From NCBI GenBank assembly GCA_002269645.1, contig NIVC01003756.1, positions 1-29,953 on the forward strand: 29,953 nucleotides of DNA, given 5' to 3'. Position numbers and translations under genes: made by a program. This DNA comes from Macrostomum lignano. Taxonomy: Eukaryota. Below are positions 22,951 to 29,953 of the stretch, piece by piece (the first letter of the stretch is position 1; each line of letters starts with the position of its first letter). Under the pieces are notes generated by a model. It was not told the origin of the DNA. It saw only the letters and a program-made list of their open reading frames with translations, and searched no databases.

Positions 22951-23414
22951 GGCATAGTTCTAGTTTACTTTGCGATATTATTTCATAGTTATAGTTTACT
23001 TTGCGATATTATTTTTATGTGTTTTTTTGCATTTACATAGCATATTCTGCATTTGTACCCAAACCACAACCCTTTCAGCTTAATTTGCACAATGGCCGGC
23101 CACCTAGCTACCCCAACATCAAGGGCACCTGGGCCCTTGCCAAGAGGCGCCTGCGCGCAATGCATGGTACAAGTGATGCACTCTTCGAGAGTCATCTCAA
23201 AGAGTATATCTGGCGCCGCCTATACCCGAACAATGCATTCGGCATCATGCTTTACTGGGCTTCCATGTATTAGCCTGTTGAAGTGACTTGGCAGCTTCAA
23301 TTGACTGTTTTTCTGACTTGTGACACTTAAGCTGAACCTGGAAAGTGATAAAAACAGGGTGAAATAATTTAGCAAAAGGCAAAATAATATTGCAAAGTAA
23401 ACTAGAACTATGCC
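22951..23414 (+). mobile_element. Non-autonomous Merlin (IS1016/IS1595-related) DNA transposon, 464 bp, in PRPS intron 1
   Basis: 32-bp TIRs starting GG (22951-22982 and 23383-23414; 1 mismatch). Perfect 8-bp TSD GATTTTCA (22943-22950, 23415-23422). Internal NIKGTWALAKRRLRAMHGTSDALFESHLKEYIWRR matches the IS1595-type transposase C-terminus. Confidence 0.92.
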
Positions 23415-23598
23415 GATTTTCATTTTTAGTATATCTGAAATACATTTTTGGAATTTATGGGAGAGGGGTAAAGAAGGATTGCCAAATTTGCTTACCTAGC
23501 TTTTATACACAAATGTATGCCAATGGACTTATATTGCATACAAAATTAAATTAAATTCAAAACAAAAACAAAATTCAAAACAAAACTTGCTAACTTAC

Positions 23599-23720
23599 CA
23601 GGTCTCCCGATTGCTAAACTTGTTTGTAACTACTTTGCCTAGCTCATGCCCAAGCCTTTCACAAATCTTTTTAGCAAGGTCTAGATTTGAATTACCAGAA
23701 AATATTTTTATATTTGGCAT
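23599..23720 (-). CDS. PRPS1: PRPS exon 1 (not in the ORF track)
   Basis: [40 protein letters not shown] then TG|GTAAGT at 23598, phase 2. 122+283+552 = 957 nt = 318 aa plus stop. Confidence 0.96.
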
Positions 23721-24309
23721 TTTTATTAGAGAATTGCAAGGCCTAAAAAAGAAATATTTGAAATATATAAAAAATTCTATACTTTATTTTTACTTATTCA
23801 ATAAACCCTGCCTCTATCAATGTATGTATAGTTTTTGGCTTTGGCTAGGCCTATGTTGTCTGGTTTGCGATTGATGCCGTTTCAGTTGACAAGCCAACAC
23901 AAAAAGTATCTAAAGCTGGTCCTTAATAAATAATAATAATAATTAAGTTAGTAAATAAATTATTTGTAGGCCTGGCTAGGTCTATAGTTATTCGATTGTA
24001 GTATTGAATGCAGTTGTTGAATGTCTGAATTGCTGGGGTGTTTTTGCAGATTAAGGCCCTATTATAATTATTGCTGTCTTATAAGTTATATTTGCGAATA
24101 ATATATGTTTTCAATGAAAAATGTGCGAATTCTAAAACTTCATTTAAATAAAAATTATTAGTAGTATAACTAAATTTACTTTCGTTGCTTTCGGATTAAG
24201 GTAAAACTTGACATACTGATTCTGCTTATTGCATCTTCCAACAGACTCTTTGATTAAAATATTACTTTTCAAACATCTTAGGCTCAATTATGTACTAAGG
24301 GACTATTAG

Positions 24310-24902
24310 CAAAGACGACTTAAGTAGGACGGGAAACCTCGTTTCTTAGAAAATTGAGAAGGCAGGTTTCCCGAAAAATACACTACGGAGATAGGAAGTT
24401 TTCATTTTTTCATTACGTTTTAAAAAAATAGGATTCTATGTTCATTTTTTATTCTACGTACATTTGCTCATATCTTTGTGCCTAAAAACCATTAGAATAG
24501 CACGGCTCAGCTCTTTGGTTTTATGAGTATATTTTATCATTCTTAGCTGACTTTGTAACAAATATGCGTAGCACAAATGATAAAATGGATTCATAAAACC
24601 AGATTTAGAGCTGTGCAATGCATATTTATTATTTTTAAGTACCGGAAATGTACGTAGAATAAAAAATTAACATAGAATCCTACTTCTTTGAACGAAAAGC
24701 TTTATAAATATCGATAGAGCAATAAGAAAGGCACGATTCATATCAAAAGATGAACACTGGATCTGCTTCCTATCAAAAGCAATAACAATTTTTGTGCTGA
24801 AAAACGAAAACTTCCTATCTCCGTAGTGTATTTTTTCAGGTAAACTTGCTTTCTAAATTTTTTTATTAAACGAGGTTTCCCGTCCTACTTAAGTTGTCCT
24901 TG
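24310..24902. mobile_element. Foldback-like MITE, 593 bp, P-like termini (CAAGGAC)
   Basis: Terminal arms CAAAGACGACTTAAGTAGGACGGGAAACCTCGTTT and AAACGAGGTTTCCCGTCCTACTTAAGTTGTCCTTG, with three further nested inverted-repeat pairs. Flanks CTATTAG and CTATTTAG fit an 8-bp TSD with a 1-nt deletion. Confidence 0.75.
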
Positions 24903-25035
24903 CTATTTAGTCGTACTTGATCAGTAGTTCTTAAGTATCGCGATCGCAGATGCATCTTTGAGGCTTCCCGTCCCGCATAGCAAAATTACGTATCCAATAG
25001 AAAGTGGGACGTCTCCGATACGTAACTTTTTTGGT

Positions 25036-25216
25036 TGCAGGAACGTCCTTGATACGCATCCAATTTTTATGATCCTCTCTAAATAAGCTCGTTTCTACAA
25101 AAATGGTGGAATAAATAGTCAATAAAATTACAAGCCTTATCTGTCCACCATTTTTGTAGAAACGAGCTTCTTTAGAGGATCATAAAAATTGGATACGTAT
25201 CAAGAACGTTCCTGCA
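25036..25216. mobile_element. 181-bp hairpin element (about 75-bp inverted arms), probable MITE
   Basis: 25036-25110 and 25144-25216 are near-perfect reverse complements with a 33-nt spacer; no TSD found. Confidence 0.6.
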
Positions 25217-25221
25217 CTACC

Positions 25222-25267
25222 CAAGGACCACTGAAGTCACTTTGTTAAACTTCTTAAGTAGTCCTTG
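25222..25267. mobile_element. 46-bp minimal P-like TIR element
   Basis: Ends CAAGGAC...GTCCTTG; perfect 8-bp TSD GCACTACC at 25214-25221 and 25268-25275; terminal motif shared with the 24310-24902 element. Confidence 0.7.
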
Positions 25268-25277
25268 GCACTACCAT

Positions 25278-26180
25278 ATGATGGAGCAGATTCGGGCCCA
25301 AGGCGAAGCCGAGGACGAACTGCGTAAGTTTTTTATGCATATACTAGAAGAAGATGTTAACAGCCTTGTAAACGTATAGTGATGACGATTCTTAATTTAG
25401 TTTGCATCTGCCTCGCAACTCCTCCCTCATTTTTATGTACTTCTTCAATAGGCCATCAATTGAGCGGAGTTCGTGAAAAGCTGGGGGAAGCTCAAGCTGA
25501 AAATCGTCAGCTGCAAGCTTAAGTTCATCGGTTGAAGGCTGTCTCCGCTACGTCGTGCTCGTCGGAATCCGACACGACCGTGGCGAGAAGTTATGCGGTG
25601 CACGTTCTGGGTCGCGTCGCAAAGCGGTAGGAACAATCGCTTGGGCTCATCAATGAAGTGTGCAGCACTCTGGGCGGTTCCGATATGCGCCCTGCAGATG
25701 AAAACGGTCCGGATTCGCACGATGAGTGAGTGCGACCGTCGGGCTCCACAATTAGACCCCAGCGCATCCTCCGCATTATTCATCCAAGGGCGTATTAGCA
25801 CCGGTCAAACCAAGCAACTGCACCGCAGTATGCACTAGGTTTTGGCTGTGCATTCGTCGAACGCAAAGCAAGGCAAGTCTGGAGTCATTATTTGTTGCGA
25901 CACTGATCCAGCTTTCAAAGATGTCTTGGTGAGCATGCGCTACCGGCTATAGAAGCGCTGGCCGTAAAAAACCGTGGACCCACAAAGAAGATGGTGCAGG
26001 CGGATGAAAACTTCATTCGTTTGGACCATTCTGTGAGTCGTTTTCTCCGTTGAGGAGTTTAAAAACTCGAGCGTCTCCGGTCGTTGCAGCTCGCATGGCG
26101 AAGCTGAACAAGTCCGTGCAGCTAACACCGATAAACTGCATGGAGACTATCCATGGTTACTGCAAGCACGTTTACGTATA
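25278..26180 (+). pseudogene. Decayed intron-containing coiled-coil + BEN-domain gene
   Basis: MMEQIRAQGEAEDEL, phase-1 GTAAGT...TAG intron (25324-25451), then coiled coil VREKLGEAQAENRQLQA*VHRLK. Later TSFVWTIL*VVFSVEEFKNSSVSGR...TDKLH (about 26010-26140) resembles the BEN consensus FxxxLLxxxFxxEELxxSSxxG. Stops at 25520, 25628, 25836 and 26034 plus a frame change. Confidence 0.5.
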
Positions 26181-27499
26181 TAGCGAGCTGTATAGCGAGT
26201 GATCCGCCCAACGGGTGCATTTAGGGGTAGGCGATGGGGATCCCTGAAGAGTATCCAATGTTGCGATAGTATTTAATGGACGTACATTAAGGTATATCAA
26301 GCCGTATATAAATATACCGTAAGTAGGATCAAAGTCGACCTGCCCATCTGGGTGTCATTGAGAAGGCCAGAAAAGCGATTGATAGCGTTTTGTTTCGGAA
26401 AGTGAAATATAAAATTTACAGTTTTGTACAAGTGAATTTAATATTTCTCTTCGAGGACGGCTAAATCAAATTTGTAGTCGTGAAAAATTGGAACAATGAG
26501 CCGTTCTTAATAATTTTATGCTACGTAATAAGCACAGGATTTGGCTGCAGGGATCCGGTTCAGTCACCCAGAATTCATTCGGAACTGTCACCCGAATTTT
26601 TATAGAGATACTTTTTTATGCTTTTAGTACTGCTACTGTACAATATACGCAGTCGCCTTGCTGCCGAGAGCCTTCTTTTATCGGCCTGAACAGCTACATC
26701 GATAATTTGGATATCTGTTCATATTCATTTACTCAAAAGATACAACACCTACTAAATACACTGCAGGTGTCGGCTAACACTAAATCACTTAATTAGCCTT
26801 CTAGCTACTCGACCTGGATTTATTCATCATCGGAGGATTAAATTGAAAAAGGTTTTGTGCTAATCTTCTATTAGTATAATCTGTCTCAAATTTTCGGTAT
26901 TACATTATATTTTGAGCGAGTGACCTTACAGCTAGCTGCTTGTACATGTCTGACTGAATCGAGTGTGTAAACAATTTTTTCCAAGCTCAATGCGGAGATT
27001 TTATTGTGAATTAATTAACAGAAACAGAAGATAGGTCTACACCTGTCATATAAAAGCAGCCGATTCTCTACATGGTCGTGATGCTTCTGCAAATTACGAG
27101 AAAATGCCGACAGATGCTCGTCATTTTAGCGTTGCTAGCAAGAACTGTATGAAATAGATTTTCGTGGGAAAATCAATCAGTTCTTTTTGCGATCACGAAC
27201 ACTTACTCGATCAAAGATTTAATTGTAGCTGCTGTGGGGATTTTTCCCACAAGCAATTGTAAATGTTTTCTTGTCTCTTTAAAAATCTTCTTTTCGAACC
27301 GATGAAATGATACTATGATACAAATGTGCACTTGCACTTCACCATTGGCCGTCCGCTCAGATACGACCCACCTTCCGGCTCAGTCTGGCAGCCGACATTG
27401 ACTGCAAGGGTGCGGGGGGACTTCAATCTGGCAACTGCGACAGCACTGACCTCAGGCCGGAGTTCGTGCTTCTGAGCTTTGCCTGCTTCTGAAAATTGT

Positions 27500-27930
27500 C
27501 TGAAACTTCGACTGGAATCCTGGGATGGTGGAGCAGGTCGGGCAGTCAAAGTACAAGTAGTCAGCCTGGAAACGCGGTTTCTTGCTAAGAAGGTCGGTGT
27601 TAACACGAGAAGCTCCGGGACAGTGGATCACCTTGAAATTGTATTCTGCCATGCGCTTCGTTGTTTACCGGTCCGAATTCAATGCACTTATATTTTCAGT
27701 CGTTGCCCCAGCGCTAATTTATTTTTCTGCGTCCCTGAACAGCAAGTTTCCGGCTCTGTTGGGGCTCGCCGGCCTCGACTTGTCTCGTTAATTAAAAAAA
27801 AGCCTACGACTATGCTATGCTCAACTGATAACGGCCTTCAACTTAACGCAGAGTATTAGCGCAGAAACACAACAATGCTCTGCAGCATCTGCACGAGCCC
27901 AAGTAGCTTCATCGTAAAACAGTAGTCGTC
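27500..27930 (-). mobile_element. Degenerate Ty3/Gypsy pol fragment (RNase H C-terminus and linker)
   Basis: RMAEYNFKVIHCPGASRVNTDLLSKKP...CPTC resembles LxEYDFxIxHRPGxxNxxADxLSR(RP)C..C; upstream YCFTMKLLGLVQML is RNase H-like; in-frame stops present. Confidence 0.6.
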
Positions 27931-28389
27931 GCTGCGTCGACTGTTTTAATTCGCAGTGACGAGCCCTGTAGTTGCAGGCGTACGTGCCAGAAACTTTGCC
28001 TCTGAGGGCCGTATATTTAACTTACAGTATGTATGGGCTACCTGCCGATGTGCAACTTTATGTTGCGTAATCAATATATAGGCCCCGTGCACGGTGGGGA
28101 GAGGGCAAGGAAAAGTGCAAAGGTAGCTTGTACACTAAATCTCTTCCCCACGCGAGAAAAAAACCACGAACTTACAAGTAATGAATAACAATTTTGACTT
28201 GATTGTTGTGTCTCTTGAATCACGAAAAAAGGGAAAAAACAAAGACAAAATATAGCGGTCGTTACAGCGCAAAATGAGAGTTACAGGCGCCTGGTCAAAC
28301 TCGGGTCACTGTAATTGTGCCGTCACTGGCTGTGCCTGTCGCACTAGCGGTCTGTCAGGCCCGTGATCGCCTTCCGAATACAGGTCGTC

Positions 28390-29070
28390 CAACTCCCAGG
28401 GGCATGACTCAAAGCGGCTTCATGTTCCGCCGCATGGCAGCTACGTCACACTGCAGCGTCATTGCATCGCCATCGACAGCTTTGACGACCCAAAGGCCGT
28501 GGGGTCGAACGGACAACTCAGCGTGGCCTTTTCCGCGGTCTCTGAGCATCACCGTGTGTCACAATACCGTGTTGCTGAAGCTGGTTCCCGAGGCGGCCTA
28601 GCTGCTTTGTAGGACCGGTGGGCAGGATGTCACTGATGTCTCTGTTGAGCACGAAGTTATTAAATGGATGTTTGGTGCCCCGTGGCACTGAGTTGCGGTA
28701 TCCGAGCAGCCTTCTATCGTGGCGGCATTGACAGTCTACGGTTGAAGCGCTCCACCTCGACGTTCGCTGCCGGGTTAGAGAGGGTTGACTCCGTGATGTT
28801 GAACTCCAAGGCCGTCGATCAGAAACTCCTGGAATCGTCGCTCGTAAGGTAAGGTCGGTTTGTCCGTGGCGAGCTGCTGCGGCTCACCGAATCGGTTGAA
28901 GGAGGCCATATACATGTAGCACAGTTGATGACGCTAGTGAGGCTGCGCACCACGTTAAAGTCTGGGGTAGCTGCTGAAGTATTCTAGACCACCAAGACCA
29001 CATTTGTAGGGAACGGCCCGCAGGCGCTCAGCAAAGTTGACGGTAGTCAAAGTTGAGCATGATAGTGAAA
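28390..29070 (-). mobile_element. Degenerate Ty3/Gypsy integrase fragment
   Basis: FNRFGEPQQLATDK...FQEFL...GVQH, a frameshift, then PAANVEVERFNRRL, matching the rve core FARFGxPxxLxSDN...F..FL..GV.H...P.SNG.VERFNRTL. A PFDPTAF...MRRN C-terminal remnant follows. Confidence 0.75.
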
Positions 29071-29953
29071 TTTCCAAGTGCAGAGATTCTATAAACCAGT
29101 TTAAGCCGGTTTTGCAGACTTGTGACTTGCAATTGGTTGTAACCCAAAATATTAGTACAGAGTCAAGTAAAGTATAGAGACTTAACTGACTGCCGAGTTG
29201 TCTGGATTTGTCTGACGCGCTTGCTCTGTGTGAAGTGCTCTCTTACACTGGCGGATCTTTCACTTTAGCGTCTCGGTGGGACCTCCAGAAATATATGTAG
29301 TGTGTAGCGAGTCCGATATGTTTACTTTGTGAAGGTGGTTAGGGTGCAGTTTCAGTAGTAGTATCTGATCCACGTCACGGCTGCCACACGGTTACAGGAA
29401 AAAAGACAAAAATCTACATGTAATCAAACAAATTTACCAAACACGATAAATAAAATACGCTAGAGAAATAGCATCCCTTGGTAGTGCTTCTTTGGTTTAT
29501 TTTTTTACTTATTATATCTGCAGTTCTTTTAAAACGACAGAATGCGCAGGGCACAGGTATGAATTCAATCCCAGCTCAGCCAGAAACGAAGCGAGACAGC
29601 TTGAGCAGTCCGGAGAGTCCAGCAGCAGTGATGCCGCATCAGTCTTATGGCTGCGGCTTCCTTTTACTAGCAGTCTTATACAGGGGCACAAGATGATTGA
29701 CGCCGCCCAACTTTCCTGTAGATCATAATTCTATCTCAGGCAAATTACAGGTATGAACGCGATGAAATTATACACGGCTCGTATCTGTTTCTGACATTTT
29801 TCTGCACAAAATAACCAAGAATTGTTTTGAGAAGCAGACTTTTTTTTTTACTTTTGTGACTTATCATTTTAAATCTATTCACTGAGGCCTAAGCTGTTTT
29901 AATCTGTGTAGTAGTAAAGTCTCAATCCAAAAACGGCTTAGTTCAAAAAGGTA

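Larger units (their letters stand above)
20100..24150. other. AT-rich CpG-depleted domain covering PRPS intron 1, exon 1 and upstream
   Basis: Rough hand count of about 14 CpG in 20101-22950, in contrast to CpG-rich 24200-29900. Confidence 0.6.

Noticed and set aside
23587-23874. Plus-strand 95-aa ORF
   Set aside because: It is the antisense of PRPS exon 1 plus AT-rich flank.
25745-25838. QLDPSASSALFIQGRISTGQTKQLHRSM as a RAG1/Transib-like motif
   Set aside because: The resemblance is short and no downstream DDE transposase motifs were found; the nearby BEN-like match is more convincing.
29240-29260. TTACA-C-TGGCG as an LTR end plus primer-binding site
   Set aside because: Opposite orientation to the integrase fragment, no second LTR, and no verifiable tRNA complementarity.
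29512-29715. Possible minus-strand terminal exon (CAG acceptor, 67 open codons ESWAASIILCPC...KELQI) and plus-strand ORF 29478-29696
   Set aside because: No recognisable domain and no linkable upstream exon in the window; cannot be told from chance.

Overview
Eukaryotic (animal) genomic DNA with GC-rich spliced exons separated by AT-rich, repeat-filled introns. The style suggests a free-living flatworm such as Macrostomum (inference only). Three protein genes were assembled by hand. (1) An MCMDC2-like MCM-family gene (minus strand, 3341 to <1) has three clean phase-matched GT-AG introns, but also an in-frame TAA (2958-2960) and a frame switch near 100. Both defects could be removed by 38-39 nt micro-introns. 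It keeps an SRF arginine-finger motif although Walker A and B are degenerate. (2) A CUB-LDLa-TM membrane protein (Neto/SOL-1/LEV-10-like; plus strand, 8056-16962) whose first exon and middle exons are unresolved. (3) A complete 3-exon PRPS gene (minus strand, 23720-18483, 318 aa). Several introns carry their own unrelated minisatellite (22, 23, 28, 31/33, 32, 47 bp units), and there is an intronic telomere-like array bracketed by inverted repeats. Mobile elements: a hAT-type MITE, a Merlin derivative with perfect 8-bp TSD, a cluster of P-like/foldback MITEs, and degenerate Gypsy RNase H and integrase fragments. There is also a decayed coiled-coil + BEN-domain gene and two CpG-depleted domains near gene 5' ends. 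No rRNA, tRNA or CRISPR array was seen. All family calls are recognised from memory, not from database searches.
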